From IMG/VR virus record IMGVR_UViG_3300042923_000474, positions 1 to 64,000 of that record: a stretch of DNA of 64,000 bases; one strand, 5' to 3'. The notes under the pieces are model-generated. The model saw only the letters and a list, made by a program, of their open reading frames with translations. It did not search any database and had not been told where the DNA came from. Numbering within the stretch: position 1 is the stretch's first letter; each line of letters begins with the position of its first letter. Both the position numbers and the translations under genes were made by a program. Shown piece after piece: positions 1 to 7,831 of the stretch.

Positions 1-488
1 ACCACGTCAAACCCTAGCCCGATGAGGTCTTCGCTTTCAGCGTTGCTTCCCAAGGTGAGGTTGGTAGAGTCGTGGCTCAGGTAACGAACCGGAACCATGT
101 TGGAGTAGGGCGTGCTACGGGTCACACCACGGCGAAAGGGCGACTCCCCAATGAGGTAGATGGTTTTGTTACCCGAGTCACCAATGTGCATTCGACCATG
201 GTTGGATTGTGCGGTGAAGCCAAACGTCATGGCAATCTCATTAGAGAGAAAGCCACAGCGTCGGTAGATATCTTCCACAGTCCGAGAAAGGTCGTAGCCA
301 ACTTTCTGAGCCAGGGCAGTCAACATGCTTACCAGCCAATGGTCTGCTGCAACGAAACTAACGTCGTTGTTGCGCCACTGAATGAAAGCTTTGATATCCT
401 GTTCATAGTTGCTAATGAACTGATTGGATGCGCCCACCGGCGAAGGAGCTACGTCTTCCGGCAACGATCCGCCTGTGAGATCAAACAT
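1..488 (-). CDS. Conserved hypothetical protein, divergent from chmA (partial, runs off window)
   Basis: Manually translated and absent from the ORF track. AAGGA SD precedes ATG at 488 (MFDLTGGSLPEDVAPSPVG...); open to base 1. Confidence 0.75.
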   Translation of the reverse strand, partial: MFDLTGGSLPEDVAPSPVGASNQFISNYEQDIKAFIQWRNNDVSFVAADHWLVSMLTALAQKVGYDLSRTVEDIYRRCGFLSNEIAMTFGFTAQSNHGRMHIGDSGNKTIYLIGESPFRRGVTRSTPYSNMVPVRYLSHDSTNLTLGSNAESEDLIGLGFDV

Positions 489-650
489 CGTAGGAGTCCT
501 TATAAAGGGTGTGGGAAAGGTCAAAAGATAGACCAGTGTATTATTTCCGCAAGGGTGTTCCTATGGTATAGCTCACAAGCGATTGGCGCCGGACAGGTGC
601 ATTAACCCTTTGCCGCCGGTTTCTGAAATGGCTGGAAATAAGCTGATCTC

Positions 651-672
651 AGACCTAGACTATCAAGGTGAA
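651..672 (+). promoter_or_regulatory. Putative early (virion RNAP) promoter motif, copy 1, upstream of chmA
   Basis: AGACCTAGACTATCAAGGTGAA; one of five intergenic copies of ARACCTARAYTATYAANKTGAR. Confidence 0.65.
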
Positions 673-726
673 TGGTTCTGGAATTAGCTATTCATAGGCC
701 GAAATAATTCCATCAAGGAGACGGCA

Positions 727-2763
727 ATGCCCGTTGAAAAACGAGGCGACGCATCTTCTGGGAACATCATGGCAGAGGCTTTTAAGAAAGCCAATGTCGC
801 GACCCCGGAACCGTCGCCAAAACAACCCGAGACATCCGCAGCGTCTTCCGCTTCGAGTGCCCAGGTTGAAACTTCTGCGGTCGAAAGACCACAGCCTGCA
901 ATACGACAACGGCAAGCCCAGCAACGCGAAGCAGTTGTCGAACAATCCTCTCACGTGAAAAAGGACAGCATCAACATGTCTCAAACTGACTTCTCCCAAG
1001 GCCGCCGCGACCAGGGCAAAGACGCCAAGAACTTCAACACCCTGAACGACATGGGTGCGAAGCGTCTGCGTCCGCTCAGTCGTTCGGCTGGCTCCGTGCG
1101 CGCCAAAGAACTGGCAACTGCGATCGAGAAAGAGCTGAATGCTGGCCTGAACAAGGACGGCGTATCCAGCTGGGCTGTACAGATCCTGGACGCCGGTCAA
1201 CTGAACCTGCCAACCAGCTCGGTCGTGCTGCTGCAAACGGTCACCGCTGAAAGCATCGACCACATCACCATGTACTCGTTCATGATCGACGGCGCAGACA
1301 TTCGTCTGACTCCACGCGTGGACAAAGTCGATGGCCGTCCGTACGAAACCCCAGTGGTGATCGGCGACATCTACAACAGCCAGGACTACATCACTCGCGC
1401 CGAAGAGCTGATCAAGCAAGCCCGTCCAACCCGCCAGATCAACCTGATCGACGCCGGTGCGACCGTGTTCCCTGCTTCGTTCAACATCGAGCAACATGGC
1501 GTGTGGGACCTGCTGTACAAGGCCACTCTGGCCCTGTTCAACACCATGAACAACCAGGTTGATCTGGGCGAAGAGCCTGCGTACACCCTGGCCGGTCGCA
1601 ATGCCGGTAACGAGCAACTGGTTGGTCGCCTGAACTTCTCCGGCGAGAAGTACATCGACGAAGTCGGTCACCCACAACGTCACGATGTCGTGATCGAAAT
1701 GGACTCCGTGCGTCATCAGCAAGGTCGCGACTTCTCCGGCAACTCCAGCAACGTGACCAAGGTCGCGGGCTACATGGAACCGGTTTACGCTCAGCCTGAT
1801 CCGCAGAACCCAGCGAACAACCAGCCGTTCCTGAACCAGTTCGTTATCACCCAGCTGGCCACCGGTTACGACGCGATCGAAACCGAAATGACCATCCTGG
1901 CTCTGGTTACCTCGACCATGGTTCAAGTACGCAACGGCTGGGCTGACGCCTACCTGCCGCGCTACGCCAACCAGGGCAAAGAGCTGAACTACCGCGACGT
2001 CGGCGCGCTGGGCTTCTGCATGGGCGATGCCAAGCGTATCGACACCAAGGCTGCCAGCTTCAAGGACAACTTCGGCCAGTTCATGCGCGATTACTTCCGC
2101 CTGAACCAAGGCGTGATCTTCTCCATGGACATCCCTGAAGTCGGCCCTGATGCGTTCATCACTGACATCTTCCGCGCTGCGGCTGGTGGCAACCCGAACG
2201 CTGTAGCGGCAATCACCCAGGCGTGCGACAACCTGACCGGCGGTGTTTACAGCCAGAAGGTTGCTCAGTACGGCGGCAACTTCCCGATGTTCATCGACAC
2301 CGGCAACCGTATCCACAACGGTTACTACGTCAACGAAGCGGGCGAGCTGCGTGACATCCGTGACATCGACATGCTGGCAGTGGCCAACGTGCTCGGCAAA
2401 ACCAACCCGCAAGCGCTGGTTGACTACGCTGACTCGTACGTCGCATCCACCGGCCAAGCGGCCGTTCGCATGTCCAAGCGTCTGGCGATCATCGACGACG
2501 TGCTGCAAGGTCGTCAGGTCATCACTGGCTTCTCCGGTCGTTACATCATCGGCCCGAAATGGCTGCAGGTGATCTCCGAAGCTTGCCAAGCGTGCAACCT
2601 GGTTGTTAACCCAGCCAACATGGTTCACGGCCTGGGCTCGGGCGCTGTCCTCGGCGGTTACGACTACGCAGCATTCGCTGCCGGTGGTGCTGGCGGTGGC
2701 GTGTTCAACGGTGGCGGCAACAGCAACCCACAATCGGCTTACGCCGGTCGCGGTCGCTGGTAA
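727..2763 (+). CDS. chmA: Chimallin, phage nuclear shell protein
   Basis: Segment RDVGALGFCMGDAKRIDTKAASF closely resembles the ChmA motif (KDIGALGW...RIDTKAANF). Disordered N-terminus and G-rich C-terminal tail; lies directly upstream of nvRNAP beta'; AAGGAG SD. Second in-frame start with its own SD at 976. Confidence 0.9.
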   Translation: MPVEKRGDASSGNIMAEAFKKANVATPEPSPKQPETSAASSASSAQVETSAVERPQPAIRQRQAQQREAVVEQSSHVKKDSINMSQTDFSQGRRDQGKDAKNFNTLNDMGAKRLRPLSRSAGSVRAKELATAIEKELNAGLNKDGVSSWAVQILDAGQLNLPTSSVVLLQTVTAESIDHITMYSFMIDGADIRLTPRVDKVDGRPYETPVVIGDIYNSQDYITRAEELIKQARPTRQINLIDAGATVFPASFNIEQHGVWDLLYKATLALFNTMNNQVDLGEEPAYTLAGRNAGNEQLVGRLNFSGEKYIDEVGHPQRHDVVIEMDSVRHQQGRDFSGNSSNVTKVAGYMEPVYAQPDPQNPANNQPFLNQFVITQLATGYDAIETEMTILALVTSTMVQVRNGWADAYLPRYANQGKELNYRDVGALGFCMGDAKRIDTKAASFKDNFGQFMRDYFRLNQGVIFSMDIPEVGPDAFITDIFRAAAGGNPNAVAAITQACDNLTGGVYSQKVAQYGGNFPMFIDTGNRIHNGYYVNEAGELRDIRDIDMLAVANVLGKTNPQALVDYADSYVASTGQAAVRMSKRLAIIDDVLQGRQVITGFSGRYIIGPKWLQVISEACQACNLVVNPANMVHGLGSGAVLGGYDYAAFAAGGAGGGVFNGGGNSNPQSAYAGRGRW

Positions 2764-2770
2764 GAAGTTC

Positions 2771-2907
2771 GGCCGGGCGCGTAGTTCCCCTTCGCGCCTG
2801 ACTGTGCTACCGCTGAGTAATCAGCGGACGATAGGACGACTCGAAAGCCACTTGGTCGAAGACCAGGTCAACATAAAGGGTAGGCTGCCCTGTGATCGTC
2901 CGGGTAC
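2771..2907 (+). ncRNA. Candidate structured RNA element in the chmA 3' UTR
   Basis: Five manually identified helices, including CCGCTGA-GTAA-TCAGCGG and the long-range ACGAT/ATCGT pair; followed by a terminator. Confidence 0.5.
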
Positions 2908-2908
2908 T

Positions 2909-2935
2909 AGCCGCCCTCCAGGGGCGGCTTTACTT
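2909..2935 (+). terminator. Intrinsic terminator after chmA
   Basis: AGCCGCCC-TCCA-GGGGCGGCT hairpin followed by TTACTTATGC. Confidence 0.75.
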
Positions 2936-2969
2936 ATGCCCTCAATTCTTTTTTATGGGAGATTTGGCT

Positions 2970-4475
2970 GTGGGGTTAATTGCCTACATCGTTGACCATA
3001 AGCAACTCCTCAATGAACTTGAAGAGCCACCGCTTGTTGTCAATGACCTGAATCTTGACTTCGGGACAAAAGAAGGTAAAGATCAGCTGGCCATGTATCT
3101 GTCGTTTCAATTCGACGGCGACATCATCCCAGCGGTACCAACCTGTCTCGGCGGTCACATCGGCGGGGAAGATAAACTCGGCGATAAGTGTGAGATCTGT
3201 GATACTCGGGTAACCAGTCTCGTAGACCGCGCTGTGGATCAGAGTGTTTGGATTCGCCCACCGGAAGGTGTCAACGGATTTATTCACCCTGAAGTCTGGA
3301 ACGTGCTGTCCCCCAGGCTGACTCCGCTCAAATCGTTCTCGATGCTGAGCTGGGTGTGTGACCCGAACTACGGCGAGACGTTACCGGCATTCGCTGCGGT
3401 GCTCGACGAGTACAAGAAGTTACACAAGCGTAGCCTCAACTACGTGTTGGAAAACTTCGATGACGTGATTCACTTCATCATTACATCGAAGCTGTGCAAC
3501 AAACTGTCGCTACAGGACAAGACCGACATTCAGTTGTTCTTGCTGCAAAACCGTGACAAGGTAATCCAGAAGTATCTGCCGTTACCTAGCTCCATCTTCG
3601 TGGTGTCCGAAAAGACAGCGATGGGTACCTACGCTGACGAGAAGACACCTGCCCTGTTGGATGCGATCTACATGATCACCTCCACCTACGGATCGGCCAT
3701 TGCGCTGAACCAACGGCAACGCGAATCGCACGCTGCTCGTTTCATGGCGGCTATCGGTCCGTGTTATCAGGCAATCTGTACCAAGTTCATCGGCAGTAAG
3801 TATGGTCTGGTTCGTCGTCAATTGATCGGCAGCCGTCTGCACTTTACTGGCCGGGCGGTTATCACTTCCATCAGTGATTCCCACCATTATGAAGAGCTGC
3901 ATGTACCTTGGGCTTTCGCTGTACAAATCCTGGAACCACATCTGCAGAACAAACTGATGCGCCGAGGCTTCTCAGCCAACGATGCACTGGAGTTCCTGGA
4001 AGATCACACGCTGCAATGGCATCCACTGTTGCGTGAACTGTTTGACGAACTGATTGCCGAAGCTCCGCCAATCGATGACTTCCCACCTGGGGTCTTCGAG
4101 GACATCGACAATGATCCATCGCTACTGCGTGGCATTCCGTGCCTGCTGCAGCGTAACCCATCGCTGACCCGCTTGTCGGCTCAGTGCCTGCGTATCACCC
4201 GAATCAAAGACGATGTCGAGGATTACACCATCTCGCTGTCGAACATGATTCTGGTCAGTTACAACGCCGACTATGACGGTGACGAACTGAACCTGTTGCT
4301 GTGCCTGGACAGGAAGATGCTGCAGTGGTTCGAGCGTTTCCGTCCACACCTGGGCATGCGTTCGCTGCGTGAGCCGCGTTCTTTGTCCGACAACCAGAAG
4401 ATCCACGCACCGGTCGCCGCTACATGGGCGCACTACGTGCACCATTCTGAACGTAAATCACCTACTGTTCATTAG
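2970..4475 (+). CDS. rpoC: Non-virion RNA polymerase beta' N-terminal subunit with catalytic Asp motif (phiKZ gp55-like)
   Basis: Contains a Zn-binding CLGGH...CEIC segment, KYGLVRRQLIGSRLHFTGRAVI, LQRNPSL and NADYDGD. Start reassigned to GTG 2970 (GGGAG SD at 2957-2961); the ORF-track start lies inside the RNA element. Confidence 0.93.
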   Translation: MGLIAYIVDHKQLLNELEEPPLVVNDLNLDFGTKEGKDQLAMYLSFQFDGDIIPAVPTCLGGHIGGEDKLGDKCEICDTRVTSLVDRAVDQSVWIRPPEGVNGFIHPEVWNVLSPRLTPLKSFSMLSWVCDPNYGETLPAFAAVLDEYKKLHKRSLNYVLENFDDVIHFIITSKLCNKLSLQDKTDIQLFLLQNRDKVIQKYLPLPSSIFVVSEKTAMGTYADEKTPALLDAIYMITSTYGSAIALNQRQRESHAARFMAAIGPCYQAICTKFIGSKYGLVRRQLIGSRLHFTGRAVITSISDSHHYEELHVPWAFAVQILEPHLQNKLMRRGFSANDALEFLEDHTLQWHPLLRELFDELIAEAPPIDDFPPGVFEDIDNDPSLLRGIPCLLQRNPSLTRLSAQCLRITRIKDDVEDYTISLSNMILVSYNADYDGDELNLLLCLDRKMLQWFERFRPHLGMRSLREPRSLSDNQKIHAPVAATWAHYVHHSERKSPTVH

Positions 4476-4483
4476 GAGCAAGC

Positions 4484-4867
4484 ATGAATCAATTGGGCCC
4501 CAACCTAACCAAGATTCTGCAAGAGCAACAAGCAGATATCGATCCGCTGCTCAAGGGCATGATCGATGATCAGGGAGCCACCAATGCGGTGGTCGATGGC
4601 GTTGCTCAAGTCATCCTGGAAAAGATTGCCATGGCACAAGTCGTGGCAGTTACCAGCGCCGCCACACAGAACAAACCTGTGGACGTGAGTAAGATCCAAC
4701 AGGGGCGGGTTAAGCTTGTAGAGGGTCTGCTGATGATGTTGGAAGGTCAAGATGCTTTGATCGACTTCATCGGCGAAGACGAGATCCTGGGCGATGTCGA
4801 CTTACTGGAAGTTCTCCGTGAGTTCATCGCCTACAACCAGCCCCCAAGCGAGGAATCCGCACAATGA
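4484..4867 (+). CDS. Hypothetical protein
   Basis: AGGAG SD; operon spacing; ATGA overlap with the next gene. Confidence 0.8.
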   Translation: MNQLGPNLTKILQEQQADIDPLLKGMIDDQGATNAVVDGVAQVILEKIAMAQVVAVTSAATQNKPVDVSKIQQGRVKLVEGLLMMLEGQDALIDFIGEDEILGDVDLLEVLREFIAYNQPPSEESAQ

Positions 4868-5286
4868 GCCGTCTGCAAAAGTACGCTGAACTGCACCGCT
4901 ACGCTACCCGTCTGGCCGAAGACGATCTGACTGAAGATCAGGACGAAGCCGCGACCGTGGCCTACTCCGTGGGTCAAATCGCTCAGGCTGTGGGTACCAC
5001 CATCCAGGGCGTGGCGCTGCGCATCCACAAGACTGACGACCAAGCGGCCAAGGACATGTTCTACTCTGGTCTCTCGGAAGTTACCGAGCAGCTCAACGCC
5101 ATGTGTGAAAACGTCGGCGTCATGGCTGCACCGTTCTCCGGGCTGCGTGAAGAAGCTGATAGCGAGCTGTCGCCTCAGCTGCGTGACTCGGTGGCGATGT
5201 TCTCCGACGATGCTCACAGCAAAGTCCTGTTCCAGGCTCAGGAGTTCATCGCTGAGCATTTGAAAGAGGGCCGCGTCAGTGAGTAA
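4864..5286 (+). CDS. Hypothetical acidic helical protein (paralog of 5279-5689)
   Basis: Coupled start and biased codons; N-terminus MSRLQKYAELHR. Confidence 0.8.
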   Translation: MSRLQKYAELHRYATRLAEDDLTEDQDEAATVAYSVGQIAQAVGTTIQGVALRIHKTDDQAAKDMFYSGLSEVTEQLNAMCENVGVMAAPFSGLREEADSELSPQLRDSVAMFSDDAHSKVLFQAQEFIAEHLKEGRVSE

Positions 5287-5689
5287 TCTTTCGCGCTACA
5301 CCAACCTGCACCGCATGACCACCGACCTGAACGTGGATGCTCAGATCGACGTGGTTGAAGGCGACATCGCCAGCGAAGACCGTCAGGTAATCGCAGCAGT
5401 CGGTGCCAGCGTCATGGCGCTCGGCATGGGTATGGTTGAAGCCGCCGGTGGCGACTATCCCGAAGCGATGGACAACGCAGTGGCCAACCTGCTGGATCTG
5501 TCGGCAACACTGGCACCGGTTACCGCCAATGGTTTGGAAGCGCTGCGCGCTAACGTACCGGAAGCACTGGACGGTGATGATGTAGCCATGCTGAGCATCA
5601 TGGGCATGGGTCTGCGCGAGGTGGCAGCTTATCAGGCTGACCGCCGCGAACAAGAGTCACCGGTAGATGAAGAAGAGCCAATTGATTGA
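5279..5689 (+). CDS. Hypothetical acidic helical protein (paralog of 4864-5286)
   Basis: GTG start overlapping the previous gene; N-terminus MSNLSRYTNLHR. Confidence 0.8.
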   Translation: MSNLSRYTNLHRMTTDLNVDAQIDVVEGDIASEDRQVIAAVGASVMALGMGMVEAAGGDYPEAMDNAVANLLDLSATLAPVTANGLEALRANVPEALDGDDVAMLSIMGMGLREVAAYQADRREQESPVDEEEPID

Positions 5690-5698
5690 AGGTGAAAA

Positions 5699-6337
5699 AT
5701 GAACCAGGTCATTTACGGCGGAGAGAGTGTCATCAACGAGCTGGTGTACGGTGCTCGTTCTGATGCTCTGATTCAGGAGCTGAAGAATCACATCAGCGTC
5801 CAGAATCCAATGCTCACCGAACAAGGCCGGTTGTACGCACAGCAGGCCACTCAGGTGTTCGAGGAGGTATCTGGCTGGGATGCGGTGCGTGCTGCACGTA
5901 AAGCTGTATCGGCAGTCGATGGCTACGTTCGTAGTAATCAGATTTCCCCACTGACCACGGTAGAAGAATTGCAGGTCGCACCTCCACGCATGCAGCGTTG
6001 GGTTATGTGTGAGCCGGCAACTCGGTTGCTCTATCAGGAAGGTCGGATTGATGGTTACTCCGAATCGTATGTGGACATTCAACCTAATGCAGTCGGCAAA
6101 GATCATTACGATCATCGCTTGGCTATCAGCGGGTTGGTACGTGGCTACGAGTACGTCGAAGACGATGTTGAACAAGTCCGTTATGAGTTGACTCAAACTC
6201 ATGCCGAACTCGCATCGTGGGACGAACCGCTCACGCCACGTAACGTGGTAGACATCGGTCGGATGCACCAAGTGCAACGTCGCAGTCTCTTTGATGGGGC
6301 TGATGACTTTACCAGTCGTTTTGGTGGCAAGATCTGA
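5699..6337 (+). CDS. Conserved hypothetical jumbo-phage protein
   Basis: GAAGGTG SD; MQRWVMCEP...IDGYSESY...HYDHR block recalled as typical of phiKZ-like core hypotheticals. Confidence 0.8.
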   Translation: MNQVIYGGESVINELVYGARSDALIQELKNHISVQNPMLTEQGRLYAQQATQVFEEVSGWDAVRAARKAVSAVDGYVRSNQISPLTTVEELQVAPPRMQRWVMCEPATRLLYQEGRIDGYSESYVDIQPNAVGKDHYDHRLAISGLVRGYEYVEDDVEQVRYELTQTHAELASWDEPLTPRNVVDIGRMHQVQRRSLFDGADDFTSRFGGKI

Positions 6338-6344
6338 AGTAATG

Positions 6345-6379
6345 ATGAGGGTGGCCTTCGGGTCGCCCTCATTTTTATG
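6345..6379 (+). terminator. Intrinsic terminator
   Basis: 12-bp stem with TTCG loop (ATGAGGGTGGCC-TTCG-GGTCGCCCTCAT) followed by TTTTATG. Confidence 0.85.
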
Positions 6380-6408
6380 ACACTATTTTTTTTTTGCCGG
6401 AGATTGAC

Positions 6409-6834
6409 ATGGCGAACAATGCTTATCCATCGCTCGGTGGCTGGATCACGACTGTAGATAAAAAGTGTGATCTCATACTGGTTGATGCCTTTGCCAGTGA
6501 TCATGCTCAGTCCGACATCTTCTTGGGCAGCGTCACCAGCATCCAGTACATCATCTTCTCCAATGGACAAGACATCCTTGGGGCGGGTAATGAGATTGCC
6601 AACGCTTTGCAAAAGCTCTACATGCGTTACTTCGATGCCGCGATCTTCTCAGCCAAGGTAACAGAGTTCGCTGACAAGTCTGGTCGCCACGACATTGCCA
6701 TTACAGGCTCGGTGGTGCAAGAAGGTCGCAAGTACGATTTCGGTCGCCAGCTGGAATACTCCAATGGCATGTTCGTAAAACTCATGACTACATCTGGGGC
6801 TGTGCTATGGACACCGAATCAGGCGATGGGGTAA
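6409..6834 (+). CDS. Probable virion protein, tentatively gp25-like baseplate wedge
   Basis: GGAG SD, start moved to ATG 6409; size and ...LQKLYMRYF pattern. Function is inferred. Confidence 0.5.
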   Translation: MANNAYPSLGGWITTVDKKCDLILVDAFASDHAQSDIFLGSVTSIQYIIFSNGQDILGAGNEIANALQKLYMRYFDAAIFSAKVTEFADKSGRHDIAITGSVVQEGRKYDFGRQLEYSNGMFVKLMTTSGAVLWTPNQAMG

Positions 6835-7142
6835 AGACAATAAAGGTTGGGGTCATTGCTCACGTCCACGACAGCATGAGCGGCAGAACGGCCCTGATCA
6901 TTTCAGCCCTGCGTCGCATGCGGGATGTTGAAGTGGTGGAGCTGTCGGAGAAAGACGTACTCCTTGTTGAAGACGACATCCGTCCTAGGTTGATTGATCA
7001 ACTCAAAGACTACCCAGAGTCCACCCTCTATGGGAATGAGATGATCTCACCCTATGCGGGAATGGGTCGTCGTGGCAAGGGTGAACGCAAACGTGAGCGT
7101 GCGATGCAACGCAGGTTCTATGGCAAGAGGAATTCATTTTGA
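6807..7142 (+). CDS. Hypothetical protein with Arg/Lys-rich C-terminus
   Basis: Overlaps both neighbours; ends GRRGKGERKRERAMQRRFYGKRNSF. Confidence 0.7.
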   Translation: MDTESGDGVKTIKVGVIAHVHDSMSGRTALIISALRRMRDVEVVELSEKDVLLVEDDIRPRLIDQLKDYPESTLYGNEMISPYAGMGRRGKGERKRERAMQRRFYGKRNSF

Positions 7143-7831
7143 ACAGTGACGAACTGCAACAACTGAACGAGCGTAATAACGCTGTCGCTGCATTGGCCGA
7201 CAAGATCCCGTCTGGTATCCCCTACGGCGTCCGTGAAGCCATCGCTGAACTGAAACTCACTGGACTGGGTGAGTTGGTGCGGGTAGGCGAAGCAACCTTC
7301 GTACAGGAGATCCTACCAGCCTTGACGGGCGAAGAAGGAACGCTGGTTGACTTCAAGTGGTGGGGCTTTCGTTTCGGCAGTCCTTTCCGTGGCTTCTACA
7401 TCGTGGAAGACAATGACGCTTCCAAGGTCATCTTCGAAGTTCCACCCCTGCTCGACAGCAACTTCAAACTGAAGCCCGCTAAGTCCGCACGAGACACGGT
7501 ACGAGAAGCCGCTGCCAACTATGCCAACCGTGCCTACAATCGCCCTGCGCAGGCTAAGAGAGAGTTTAACGACGCACTGCGCGAGCGTATCGACTTCTCT
7601 GAAACCGGGCGACCACTTAAGCACATGGTGATGTTGGATCGGATCTTCATCCACTACGGAAAACCCTCTATCTTTGAGAAGGTTACCGACCCAGAAGTCT
7701 TAAAGGCGGTGGCTGAACTCAAAGCCGAACAGGGTGATACCGCTGCGACCCCAACGTCAGCAGCCTCAGCGACCCCTGCCCAACAAGTCTTCAGTGAAAT
7801 GGACTACTCCGATGAGGGGATGCTCGATTAA
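7139..7831 (+). CDS. Conserved hypothetical protein
   Basis: TTG start with GAGG SD; biased codon usage. Confidence 0.75.
   Translation: MNSDELQQLNERNNAVAALADKIPSGIPYGVREAIAELKLTGLGELVRVGEATFVQEILPALTGEEGTLVDFKWWGFRFGSPFRGFYIVEDNDASKVIFEVPPLLDSNFKLKPAKSARDTVREAAANYANRAYNRPAQAKREFNDALRERIDFSETGRPLKHMVMLDRIFIHYGKPSIFEKVTDPEVLKAVAELKAEQGDTAATPTSAASATPAQQVFSEMDYSDEGMLD

Noticed and set aside
72-605. Plus-strand 177-aa ORF
   Set aside because: Shadow of the minus-strand gene starting at 488, which has an SD.
688-2733. 681-aa antisense ORF over chmA (likewise 12157-13926, 26612-28297, 34097-36301, 43449-45668, 46166-47458, 56467-58782, 62309-63901)
   Set aside because: These are mirror frames of strongly codon-biased sense genes. 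They lack SDs and have V/H/D/Q-rich shadow composition.
2810-2850. CTGAGTA ... CGAAA resembling a hammerhead core; TCCCCTTCGC resembling an HDV-like L3
   Set aside because: CTGAGTA is not CUGAnGA and is sequestered in a hairpin, and the required P1/P2/P3 pairings could not be built by hand. Kept only as an unclassified structured RNA.
6386-6395. T9-T10 homopolymers (also 22991, 54244) as phase-variation tracts
   Set aside because: All are intergenic and next to terminator hairpins, so they are explained as termination or enhancer tracts.
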